Virus record (IMG/VR): IMGVR_UViG_3300034375_013346
Span: 32,001 to 96,000 of that record
Source: a virus
Strand: one strand, 5' to 3'
DNA: 64,000 bases
Made by a program: the position numbers and the translations under genes. Shown piece after piece: positions 9,024-17,957 of this stretch (the first letter of the stretch is position 1; each line of letters begins with the position of its first letter). A model generated the notes under the pieces. That model worked only from the letters and a program-made list of their open reading frames with translations, was not told the DNA's origin and ran no database searches.

Positions 9024-9193
9024 TTTTGAATCTCCCTTTCCAATTTATGTAGATATTCCATGGATTCAGTGGGACCAATTAAAGCATCGGGTTTATATAG
9101 GTAAATTTCAAGAAACCTTGAGTCGTCATTCATTCTCTCCCTTATTGATTTAAGTTCAGCTAGATCGGGAAGATATCTCTTATTAAATCCCAT
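9020..9193 (-). CDS. Small hypothetical protein (absent from ORF track)
   Basis: MGFNKRYLPDLAELKSIRERMNDDSRFLEIYLYKPDALIGPTESMEYLHKLEREIQK; fills the gap exactly, ATGA overlap with the next gene. Confidence 0.65.
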   Translation of the reverse strand: MGFNKRYLPDLAELKSIRERMNDDSRFLEIYLYKPDALIGPTESMEYLHKLEREIQK

Positions 9194-9194
9194 A

Positions 9195-10340
9195 TTAAAA
9201 AAGAGTGTTTATCATAAATAAATTAGGGCTTATCGGGTTGTAACCCATTACCTCTATAAATCTGTTAATCGGATCAAGGATAGTTTTAGTAAACTGCTCA
9301 TCAAAATCTATAGGTGGAGCAAATTCATGTGGGAATGTACCCTGAGCATATGCAAAAACGTTATTTTCCATTACGTTCTTCCTCTTTACAAAATAAAATC
9401 TAACCTTTTCCCCGCCCCCGATCAAGGGATATTTATCCTTGAACTTCGTTGAATTCAGAAGGTAATTGTGATATGCTGATGCTCTAACATGTATAGGACA
9501 ACCCTTGGCTACCTCCAGATTGGTTGTGTCGTTTAATACAAACTTCTCGTAGTTATTAACCATGATAGCAGCGGATATATTTTCGGGCTCTTGAGCCTTA
9601 AAGTCTCTCTTGATCTTCTTGAGCTCCTGAACAAATTCTCGGAGCTCGAATTTATTACCCTTGCTAAAAATAAATTTGGTTAAGTATATGAGCTTCTCCC
9701 TTACGAATGATGGGGTTCCGCCTTTCACCATCTCAACCCCAGTAGTTTTGATGGATGTTAAAGGCTCGGAATGTACACCTTCGGAATAAACGATATTGGT
9801 AACATATTTTTTCTTACCCAGGAATATCCCGTTGATGGAGAGAGTCTCCATCTCAAAATCCTGATAATTATCAGTTCCCCATTTTTCTGCGTAGATATCA
9901 AAGCACTTCTTGAGATATCCGACTAATCGATTCTCATTTATTGCTAATATCAAATCCTTTTCACTTCCTTCCCATCCTTCACAAGAGGCTACGACTTCCT
10001 GAAAGGTTACATAGTTGGAGTCAGTATCACCATAAACGACCATCGGCTTGTGTATCTTCTTAACCGATGTTAGTCCCAGCTTATCATGCAATTCCTTGTC
10101 CTTATGCCAAAACTCATGAAAATACTTATCGAGAATCTTCTCGGAGTGCTTAATCAAGCTTTGTCCTTGTAGGGTAACAGCTTCAGCTACTTCGGGATTA
10201 AAACAGGCAAACCAGCTATTCCCTATTGCACCATAAATGGAATTCATGGTAAGTTTTACAGCTTGCTCCTCGTTCTTAAGCTCATTCTTAAGAGCCGTAA
10301 GAACCTCAATTTTTTCCTTTAATTCTTCCCTCTCAGACAT
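9195..10340 (-). CDS. Family B DNA polymerase, C-terminal subunit (fingers helix, palm, thumb)
   Basis: Motif B KLTMNSIYG, motif C YGDTDS, KKKY, GVE; no exonuclease domain or motif A. Confidence 0.92.
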   Translation of the reverse strand: MSEREELKEKIEVLTALKNELKNEEQAVKLTMNSIYGAIGNSWFACFNPEVAEAVTLQGQSLIKHSEKILDKYFHEFWHKDKELHDKLGLTSVKKIHKPMVVYGDTDSNYVTFQEVVASCEGWEGSEKDLILAINENRLVGYLKKCFDIYAEKWGTDNYQDFEMETLSINGIFLGKKKYVTNIVYSEGVHSEPLTSIKTTGVEMVKGGTPSFVREKLIYLTKFIFSKGNKFELREFVQELKKIKRDFKAQEPENISAAIMVNNYEKFVLNDTTNLEVAKGCPIHVRASAYHNYLLNSTKFKDKYPLIGGGEKVRFYFVKRKNVMENNVFAYAQGTFPHEFAPPIDFDEQFTKTILDPINRFIEVMGYNPISPNLFMINTLF

Positions 10341-10348
10341 AGCTTATC

Positions 10349-11107
10349 TTACTTCTCTATAATACCCACAGCAGTTGATGTATCGGACTGCTCAGAAAAA
10401 AACACGATTCTGTTTTCGTGCAAATAACATCCACACGTTTCAGTATCAACATAGTTGAGATGTGATTTATAGATGGAGGATTCTGTGCTACCCTCAACGG
10501 AAATCTCATCCGGGCCTATGTTTAGCTTATAATTGAATGAATCCCCATTGATTTTCACATTCTCAGCGTCTACCTTGTAGACTAGAAGTTCCTCGGAATT
10601 ACTTTCCAACCCACATAGGGCCATTACAGAGGAGAAATCCGAACTATAGATCTTAAACTTTGAGAGAGGATCCTCCTTTGAATGCACTATGGAAAGGATA
10701 TTGTCCTCAACATATGATATCAGGGAAAGATCTGCACATCTAATTTTAATCTGGAGAGAATTTGATATAACATGTAGTTGTGTAGCTACGCAATCTCCAT
10801 CAATCTCAGAAACCTCGAGATCAAGATGTATATCCTCCTCCGGCCTGAAGTGCTTGAAGCAATCCATGAGTCTAGTGACGTCGATTAAACCGATCTTTAT
10901 TCTATCACAGGACCCATCTAATTCAGGCATTTCATCAAATACCTGATCAACATCCACCGAGGCATACTTCATAACAGATTTATCGGGGGTGTGGACCTTA
11001 CAAAAGAGCTTCTCGCTATCTAATTCAAGAAGGACGCTCTTATCAACAACCTTCAGCTTCTTCAGGAAAGAAATAAGGTTGCTGGTGCTGGTTACTCTAA
11101 TCTTCAT
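10349..11107 (-). CDS. Sliding clamp (gp45-like)
   Basis: 252 aa acidic beta-rich protein adjacent to the polymerase; N-terminus FLKKLKVVDKSVLL resembles gp45-type clamps. Confidence 0.6.
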   Translation of the reverse strand: MKIRVTSTSNLISFLKKLKVVDKSVLLELDSEKLFCKVHTPDKSVMKYASVDVDQVFDEMPELDGSCDRIKIGLIDVTRLMDCFKHFRPEEDIHLDLEVSEIDGDCVATQLHVISNSLQIKIRCADLSLISYVEDNILSIVHSKEDPLSKFKIYSSDFSSVMALCGLESNSEELLVYKVDAENVKINGDSFNYKLNIGPDEISVEGSTESSIYKSHLNYVDTETCGCYLHENRIVFFSEQSDTSTAVGIIEK

Positions 11108-11162
11108 AGTGTTAATATTTAGATCTTCTATGACGACACTGTAGATTGTTTTCGATTAAAAC

Positions 11163-11192
11163 AAAAAATCCCAGCCTTTTTTGCTGGGATTT
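11163..11192 (-). terminator. Rho-independent terminator
   Basis: TCCCAGC/GCTGGGA stem with flanking A/T tracts. Confidence 0.75.
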
Positions 11193-11217
11193 AAATCTCG
11201 TTAAGTTACATTATATC

Positions 11218-12141
11218 TTACCTCATGCCAGTAGATCTAATGGTATCTATTATAACTTGCTTAGTAGCTGGGTCTAAGGTCTTTGCCCATTTCTTTACTG
11301 AAGGGACATCAGTGGGGATAGTCGATTGACTGTCATTTTTTGATCCTCCGGTAGACTTAGATTTGGCCAGATCTGCACTAAAAGAGGAAAGCTGCTTCTC
11401 TAGCTCCGCAAGGGATTTCTTAGCTTCAGGAGACTTTATATCGGATTTCACATCCTCTACGTTGCCATCCTCTACCTCCGGTTTCTTTAATAGCTTGAAA
11501 TCTATCTTTTTACTACCAAGTCTGGAATTAAGATCCGTAAATAAATCGGAAAGCATCTTGTTTGACATCTCAACTCTTCTTCCACCGAAAAGTCGAGAAA
11601 ATGTGTTTCCCATCAATTCTATGAAAAGATTAGCCTGTTCTTCTACAATCATACTATAAGTAGGATTATACAGTGCATCAGCTAATCCGTCCATCACTTC
11701 ATCGTACGTGGTCTCAGGGGATAGGACGGTATATTTCTTGAGAAGTTTTTTCTCGGGTTCACTGAATTCACTCCATACTTTAGGCCAAGCTTCCTTCCAA
11801 AATTGTTGTGGAGTTATGACTTTCTCTTTTATAACGTCCTTTCCCTCATATTTAATTCCCGGGATTATATAGGGGACCAAAGCAGGAAATATCTTTTTGG
11901 CCATCCTATTAAAAGCTACCAAGAAGATCGGCCTTGCAGCATTCACAACATTTTCTTTGGAAACTTCCCTAATGTTTTCCAAACAGGTATCAACAACATT
12001 CAGTGAGATCTCATATGGCTTTACGGACTGGTTGTTTATTTTAATCTCACTGTCTATAGGGAGTCCTGACTTCTCCCAGTCAACTTGAAGTCCCTCATCG
12101 ATTGCGGTTAGGAAGTAGTGGTCTACATAGTCATTAATCAT
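11218..12141 (-). CDS. Hypothetical late protein
   Basis: 307 aa; GATATATA at 12164-12171; IDEG near the N-terminus. Confidence 0.75.
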   Translation of the reverse strand: MINDYVDHYFLTAIDEGLQVDWEKSGLPIDSEIKINNQSVKPYEISLNVVDTCLENIREVSKENVVNAARPIFLVAFNRMAKKIFPALVPYIIPGIKYEGKDVIKEKVITPQQFWKEAWPKVWSEFSEPEKKLLKKYTVLSPETTYDEVMDGLADALYNPTYSMIVEEQANLFIELMGNTFSRLFGGRRVEMSNKMLSDLFTDLNSRLGSKKIDFKLLKKPEVEDGNVEDVKSDIKSPEAKKSLAELEKQLSSFSADLAKSKSTGGSKNDSQSTIPTDVPSVKKWAKTLDPATKQVIIDTIRSTGMR

Positions 12142-12162
12142 GGATAACCTGTATAATTTATC

Positions 12163-13536
12163 CTATATATCCTCCTCGTCATCTGTTAATTCAAAAATCT
12201 CCACCTCGGGATCTATCTCCTGGGGAGTTCTAACGTTGGATTTAGGAAGTAGAGAAGCAGCCTTGGTTTTTCTAAGAGAAGCTGTTACTTTTTTAACCAC
12301 CGATTCCTGCTTCTTAATTAGGGCCTGAGTTTTTCTAATCTCACTTTTAACTCTTTTTATTTCATCCTCGGTCTCCTTGATGTGATCAGAAGAGAGCTTT
12401 ATAATTTGGATAGATGATAGCTTCTGTGATATCCACTTTTTGAATCCAGATAAGAAAGATATAATTTCACTATTCTTCCTCTTCTTCTCGCTCATGTAGA
12501 GCAGGAACTTTAACTTGGCCTCCAAGAATTCGAGATCAAGGTTAAGATTCACCTCGTCTCTAATTAGTCTCTTCAAGCGGACATTCTCTAAGTGAACCCT
12601 GAACGCATCCAGATACTCTTTTACGGAGTCAAATTGAGCAACAAGCCCGTCTTTGATTAAGACGACATCCTCTTTCACCACTATCTTCGTTTGTTTCTTA
12701 ATAAGCTCAACAGCAGAATCAAATTCCTTAGTTGGCACCTTATTTAGATACACCGTAACATCGCAGGTACTCTGAGAATTATTGTTGACCCTAAATTCCC
12801 AATCTGAAAAATCCAGCTTGGATAGGAGCTTTTTCATGAATGAGTCATACCTCATAACGGGAGGAAGATCAAAAATTCTAACTGTCTTCCTAGTTTTATT
12901 GACCTCAAATCCGCTCTCCAGAATCCAGATATTATCCTCTGGACCAACCTTATAAATTTTCCCTCTGAAGTCTTTGAAATATGGTTTCAATAACTTATTC
13001 TTCCCCTCCAAATACTCCACTATATCCTCCATCTTACGGGGAAGTATATTACTCCGGTACCCAACCGCAATACCGACCACATGGGTAAGAAGACCCACAG
13101 GAACTTCCAGATGTATCCAATCATGACCACCCTCCTCATTCTTCTCATTGAGATCCTCATGTCTCTTGACTATATCCTTTATATCCCGGTTTATTCTTAC
13201 CGAGGTATATCTGGGAGCGGAAGGGTTAGGGTTAACAGGAGATCCAAAAAACCCATCCCCCTCGAGTATAGGATAGGCACAGCCAAAAGGTCGAGCCAAT
13301 TTTGATATAGCGCCAGCCAGCGAAGAATCGCCATGATGATATAGGCCAGTTCTTATCACCTCTCCCACGAGGCCAACGGTCTTATTGAAAGAATTTGGCG
13401 AATTTTCTATTATTATTCTCTGTACCGGGGTCAAGGAATCATAGAAATTAGGTATTCCTCTAGCCTGCAAGACATATAAGGCATATTCCCTATATTTCTG
13501 GTTTATCTGATCCGTAATGGTTAAAGTAGAGCTCAA
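12163..13536 (-). CDS. DNA topoisomerase II, GyrA/gp52-like subunit
   Basis: DSLTPVQR, YHHGDSS, SAPRYT catalytic Tyr, GIAVGY; TTG start. Confidence 0.92.
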   Translation of the reverse strand: MSSTLTITDQINQKYREYALYVLQARGIPNFYDSLTPVQRIIIENSPNSFNKTVGLVGEVIRTGLYHHGDSSLAGAISKLARPFGCAYPILEGDGFFGSPVNPNPSAPRYTSVRINRDIKDIVKRHEDLNEKNEEGGHDWIHLEVPVGLLTHVVGIAVGYRSNILPRKMEDIVEYLEGKNKLLKPYFKDFRGKIYKVGPEDNIWILESGFEVNKTRKTVRIFDLPPVMRYDSFMKKLLSKLDFSDWEFRVNNNSQSTCDVTVYLNKVPTKEFDSAVELIKKQTKIVVKEDVVLIKDGLVAQFDSVKEYLDAFRVHLENVRLKRLIRDEVNLNLDLEFLEAKLKFLLYMSEKKRKNSEIISFLSGFKKWISQKLSSIQIIKLSSDHIKETEDEIKRVKSEIRKTQALIKKQESVVKKVTASLRKTKAASLLPKSNVRTPQEIDPEVEIFELTDDEEDI

Positions 13537-13614
13537 ATCCGAGTTATTTTGTGTCTTTTCTATAAGGACATCGTGATTTTGTTTCTATATTGGTAAAGCA
13601 AAAAAATAAGACAA

Positions 13615-13758
13615 ATGCCCAAATCAAAAATCCACAGAAAAAAGAAGCAGGGATCAACAATCATCATTGTACATCCCAAGGGTGAGATTCCAGATATGGT
13701 AATGGACAGAAAGGAGAGAAGAAAAATTATGAGAAAGGAGAGAGGATCTACTAGCTAA
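13615..13758 (+). CDS. Small basic peptide (absent from ORF track)
   Basis: MPKSKIHRKKKQGSTIIIVHPKGEIPDMVMDRKERRKIMRKERGSTS fills the intergenic gap, with an A-rich leader. Confidence 0.45.
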   Translation: MPKSKIHRKKKQGSTIIIVHPKGEIPDMVMDRKERRKIMRKERGSTS

Positions 13759-14959
13759 GAGATGAAATAACGCTCTCTATTTCCTTACGTGCACTCGAAT
13801 CTAATTTATCCAACTCTAACAAATACACATCTACTTTACTTTGCTTGTTCTTCTCAAGAGCGTAAAGAGTGTTGGAGAGTCCACTCGAATCCTCGAAAAC
13901 AAAACATCCAGCTGAATAACTATTTATTTTTTCAGTAGATCCTGAGCGATCAGCTCTGTGGATGTTTATTCCAAACTTACCGGATTCAGAGTTACCAGGA
14001 GAATAAGTGGTATATTTGGCATCGCCTGGAGATGCAACAGGAACGTATCGATGCACCTTTACGCTTCCGTCCTGTACCAATGCCTGGTAGCCTCTATGGC
14101 TTCCGATCTTATATGAATATTTACCAGGTTGTACGATAGCTAAACCCTTTGGATTAATCGAGGAATCCGGGTTAGCAGCAACATACCAGTTTCTGAAAGG
14201 AACCGCCAAATACAAAGGACCAGGAGTAGTCGTTGCTTCAAACATCCGAATAATCTTATCCTTTTTTGGGTTCATCACAATAATCCAATCTGTGAAGTGG
14301 TTTTGATGTCCAATCTTCTCGGAGAGGTTATTTCTTATCGCAATAAGGTTAACTTCTTTGGTGTTAACCTTATATCCCTCATCCGTAAGTGCTTTCTTGA
14401 CCGCATCCCACCTTTCATCATCGGTATCAGTGTGGGATCTTTTCTTGGACCAAGAACCGTAATTATATGGGGAGCTGGGAGGCAATAGACTAGACGATGG
14501 TTCCATCACCGCGTTTTCATCCTCTGCTGCGGCTTTTATAGATTCCACATTGTTATCAAATTGGTCCTTGTCCGCTCTAGATTTATTGAGCCTATCCAAA
14601 ACCGAACCAACAGTCATAGGGGAATCAGATACCGATTGAGTTGGTACACCCTCTTGAGCAATATAATCCGGATTATTAGCCAAAATCTTAGCTAGGCCCG
14701 CTCCGGCAGGAGTTGCTAATAGTAGGTCTATTGCCTTTATGCTTCCAATGTCACCCACCTTAGGTTGGTCGACTTGTTGCTGGTTGGGACCTGATGATAA
14801 GGCTATATTAGTCCTAGCTTGGTTTATTCGATCGCTGTTTTTCTGTATTTGATCCGCTAAGGCGTGAAGTTGAGCTTTAGCAGGATCTAATGTCCCGCTA
14901 GAGTTTTCATTTAATATCTCTTCCCTGAAATCACTGAAGTTAAGTATCCTGCTATCCAT
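13751..14959 (-). CDS. Putative virion protein with C-terminal YkuD/L,D-transpeptidase-like domain
   Basis: ATTTPG, GINIHRA...SAGCFV His/Cys motif; N-terminus ILNFSDF..ILNE; GATAAATA at 14981-14988. Confidence 0.7.
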   Translation of the reverse strand: MDSRILNFSDFREEILNENSSGTLDPAKAQLHALADQIQKNSDRINQARTNIALSSGPNQQQVDQPKVGDIGSIKAIDLLLATPAGAGLAKILANNPDYIAQEGVPTQSVSDSPMTVGSVLDRLNKSRADKDQFDNNVESIKAAAEDENAVMEPSSSLLPPSSPYNYGSWSKKRSHTDTDDERWDAVKKALTDEGYKVNTKEVNLIAIRNNLSEKIGHQNHFTDWIIVMNPKKDKIIRMFEATTTPGPLYLAVPFRNWYVAANPDSSINPKGLAIVQPGKYSYKIGSHRGYQALVQDGSVKVHRYVPVASPGDAKYTTYSPGNSESGKFGINIHRADRSGSTEKINSYSAGCFVFEDSSGLSNTLYALEKNKQSKVDVYLLELDKLDSSARKEIESVISSLS

Positions 14960-15005
14960 GCAAACCCAATGTGTTTGTTCTATTTATCTGTTTCCAAATA
15001 ACTTT

Positions 15006-15335
15006 CTATTCCTTTATGAGATAAACTATCAGGGAATCCAGAATCACACTAACCCCACTATTCAAAAAACCATAGGAAATACAAGTTAGAAAGACCTCGG
15101 ATAGCCAGTGAGAGGAAAGTACCCAGGAATCCACGGGATTAGTAACAACACCAGTAAATGAAAGAATTCCTAGAAAAACCCCTACCCAAAATCCACTACA
15201 TTGTATACACGTAAGCAGTTTGGAAAGTGAGGGAGCTTTGACTTGAAGATATACGCGGAGTCCGTCGAATATTGTTCCGTTAACTAGAATACTGGTAATA
15301 GACCAGCCGATAATGAGTGTAATTAAAAATTCCAT
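15006..15335 (-). CDS. DUF1360-like membrane protein
   Basis: IFDGLR...LLTCIQCSGFWVG, hydrophobic helices. Confidence 0.7.
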   Translation of the reverse strand: MEFLITLIIGWSITSILVNGTIFDGLRVYLQVKAPSLSKLLTCIQCSGFWVGVFLGILSFTGVVTNPVDSWVLSSHWLSEVFLTCISYGFLNSGVSVILDSLIVYLIKE

Positions 15336-15336
15336 A

Positions 15337-16362
15337 TCAAAATATTTTCTTGTATTCTTCTAAAAATTCCCTCTGCTCCTGGGATAGAACAGGAGGGACC
15401 GAGACATCTATTCTCACTAGGATATCACCTCTAAAATTATTTCCAAATTCAGGCACCCCCTTCCCAGCTAATCTAAATATCTTACCTGGGCTGGTTCCAG
15501 GAGGGATAGTTATCTTATATTCCCCACCTGTTGAGATATTCGGAATTTTAATCTCACTGCCAAGACAAACTTCAGGGAATGTAAGGGTTTCAGAACATAT
15601 GAGGTTTAGTCCATCCCTTTTATAAAATGGATGCGGCATGTCAAAAACGGTAATAATCAGATCCCCGGGATCGGAAGGAGATTTAGCCATATCACCTTTT
15701 CCGCTTAAGGTAAAACTAATACCTGATACAGATCCCTTAGGTATATTGATATCTACCTTATCCTGTCTTCTCTCCGTTCCTTGGCCTCCGCAGGAAGGGC
15801 AAATGGTTTTCGGAGTTTTTCCAGTACCAGAGCAAGAGTAACAGGTTTCGTCCATAGCTATCTGCCCGAAATTGCTATTTACTATTTTCCTCTTTACCCC
15901 AATCCCGCTGCAGACCTGACATGTATCCATCTGTCCATCCTTAGCACCGGTACCCATACAAGGGCTACATTGCATCCTTCTAAAGATATTAGCGGATTTT
16001 TTGGTTCCGTTAATAACCTCCTCGAGGTTTATCTCAACCCTGGCATTGATGTTCTTTCCCCTTTTGATTATCTCCTGCTCGGAAAAACCACCGAATGGGT
16101 TAAAACCACCGGGGAATGGGTTACCTGAAGAAAATGTGCTATGAGAAGAAAATGGGTTGGGGTTATCGTAATCTCTCCTTTTTTGAGGATTACCTAGGAT
16201 TTCATAGGCCTCAGCTATTTCCTTAAACTTATTCTCGGAATCCTTATCGTTACCAGTTTTATCCGGGTGATACTTCTGAACGAGCTTACGATAAGATTTC
16301 TTTATCTCGTCCTGAGTAGCAGTTCGTTGAACTTCTAATATCCTGTAGTAATCCTTTGTCAT
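15337..16362 (-). CDS. dnaJ: DnaJ chaperone
   Basis: DYY..L, HPD motif, G/F region, four CxxCxGxG repeats, C-terminal domain. Confidence 0.95.
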   Translation of the reverse strand: MTKDYYRILEVQRTATQDEIKKSYRKLVQKYHPDKTGNDKDSENKFKEIAEAYEILGNPQKRRDYDNPNPFSSHSTFSSGNPFPGGFNPFGGFSEQEIIKRGKNINARVEINLEEVINGTKKSANIFRRMQCSPCMGTGAKDGQMDTCQVCSGIGVKRKIVNSNFGQIAMDETCYSCSGTGKTPKTICPSCGGQGTERRQDKVDINIPKGSVSGISFTLSGKGDMAKSPSDPGDLIITVFDMPHPFYKRDGLNLICSETLTFPEVCLGSEIKIPNISTGGEYKITIPPGTSPGKIFRLAGKGVPEFGNNFRGDILVRIDVSVPPVLSQEQREFLEEYKKIF

Positions 16363-16368
16363 CAATAA

Positions 16369-16716
16369 TTAGAAAGATGACTTAAGCCACTCCCTAATTA
16401 CCATCTCTTTTCCTCTATCGGAATCAGGTACCATTTTCCACTTAGATAGAAGCTCATTCTCCAGTGATAGAATTTCCCCGCAAATTTCATAGCTCTCTTC
16501 ATTTTCCCAGTATTTGCACATTTTTTTGCAGAAATCTGAGATCTGCTCCTTACTGGCAAATATGTAGATGAACTCCTGGCTTTGGCCTCGTAGGGCTTCC
16601 AAAAAAAGATCCTGGACTGCTCTCTCGACGTGACACTTTAAAACTGAAAGCTGAGGATGATCTTCAAAGGAAGATCTCCAATCTGGAAAATGTTGATTGT
16701 CGAAAGATAGATTCAT
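16369..16716 (-). CDS. Hypothetical protein with UVR-like motif
   Basis: YWENEESYEICGEI. Confidence 0.65.
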   Translation of the reverse strand: MNLSFDNQHFPDWRSSFEDHPQLSVLKCHVERAVQDLFLEALRGQSQEFIYIFASKEQISDFCKKMCKYWENEESYEICGEILSLENELLSKWKMVPDSDRGKEMVIREWLKSSF

Positions 16717-16723
16717 GCCGGTT

Positions 16724-16987
16724 TTATTTAATGGTATCTAGAAATTTATATATCTCCACATAAATTTCATGTTCGCTCAAATCTAAATAATTTAGGTTTA
16801 ATTTTTTCAATGCCCAATCAGTTTTTTTTGAACCAAATTTTTCAAACAGCACTTCACGCTTGATTTGAGCTTCCATTTCAGTGTCCCTGCTATAAGAAAC
16901 ACCAGAGTCTTTTAGAGAAATAATCTTCTCCTCGAACTCTCTCAACCTTTCATAGTCTTCTTTCTTTAATTCGTGGTTTCCTGACAT
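16724..16987 (-). CDS. Hypothetical protein
   Basis: 87 aa overlapping the uvsE end. Confidence 0.65.
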   Translation of the reverse strand: MSGNHELKKEDYERLREFEEKIISLKDSGVSYSRDTEMEAQIKREVLFEKFGSKKTDWALKKLNLNYLDLSEHEIYVEIYKFLDTIK

Positions 16988-17919
16988 ATAATTTCCTCGA
17001 TATTAGAGTGGTAATGAAGAAGTGCTTTGTCCTTCATTTTAACCTCCAATTCTATATCGAAGTTATGTCCATAAGTTTCGATCTTTTCGTGGATCCAATC
17101 AGAGTGAGCTAAATCTTTTGCTGAGTTGTCTTCAAATAAAGCACGGGATTCCGAAAAATGAGTTAAAGGGGTTACGTCATTAGGCCAGGTTGATAGACAC
17201 ACTAATAGTGATTCCTCCTCAGAAAGACCCTCCGGAGGATTACACCGATTATGCAAGTAATCAAATGTAACCGGAATTCCTATCGAGTCATGTATCATTT
17301 CTTTGAGATCCAAAGAGGTATACTGAGATCCCTTATCATCAATTTCCACGACCAACCTTTTCTTTACCGAATCGGGGAGTAGCATAAAGTTCTTACAGAA
17401 TCTAGATGCAGCTTCCTCTTTAGTTGGCTTGGTAGTATTGACGTGTATATTTATGGGATAGTGGAGATTTTGATCCAGACCCATTAAATCCATAATTTCT
17501 CCATGCTGCCTTAATTCCTTCAAAGCATTATGGACAACATCTTCCCGGAGAGAAGCAAGAACACCGTAGGGAGATGGATGGAATGTTATTCTCTGATCTC
17601 CGCTAATTGCTAGACCCCCAGCACGTTTAAGATGGGTCTTTATCTCCTCGAAGTCAGGTAGATCGGATAGCTCATATTCAGAACACCAAGGAAAAATATC
17701 GGAGCTCATCCGGTACATCTTTATTCCCATCTGATTGTTCCACTCAATTATGGTGCAGAGATCTTTCACATTGAGCAGAGATAACTCAGAGACATACTCA
17801 ATACCCCTTTCAAGAAATGTTTTCTTGGTCATAGATCTGTTAGTAGTCACTCGATCTTTCTTTTTTCTGCCCTCAGAAATACTCAGGTTAATGCAGCAAT
17901 ATCCATATCTTCTATCCAT
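16966..17919 (-). CDS. uvsE: UV damage endonuclease
   Basis: GYCCIN, YRMSSDIFP, TFHP, INIH, VEIDDK, FDYLH, HFSE, AHSD, EVKMKD. Confidence 0.92.
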   Translation of the reverse strand: MDRRYGYCCINLSISEGRKKKDRVTTNRSMTKKTFLERGIEYVSELSLLNVKDLCTIIEWNNQMGIKMYRMSSDIFPWCSEYELSDLPDFEEIKTHLKRAGGLAISGDQRITFHPSPYGVLASLREDVVHNALKELRQHGEIMDLMGLDQNLHYPINIHVNTTKPTKEEAASRFCKNFMLLPDSVKKRLVVEIDDKGSQYTSLDLKEMIHDSIGIPVTFDYLHNRCNPPEGLSEEESLLVCLSTWPNDVTPLTHFSESRALFEDNSAKDLAHSDWIHEKIETYGHNFDIELEVKMKDKALLHYHSNIEEIICQETTN

Positions 17920-17957
17920 AAACCAAAATTACAATTACCAGCCGTTCTAAAAAAATA

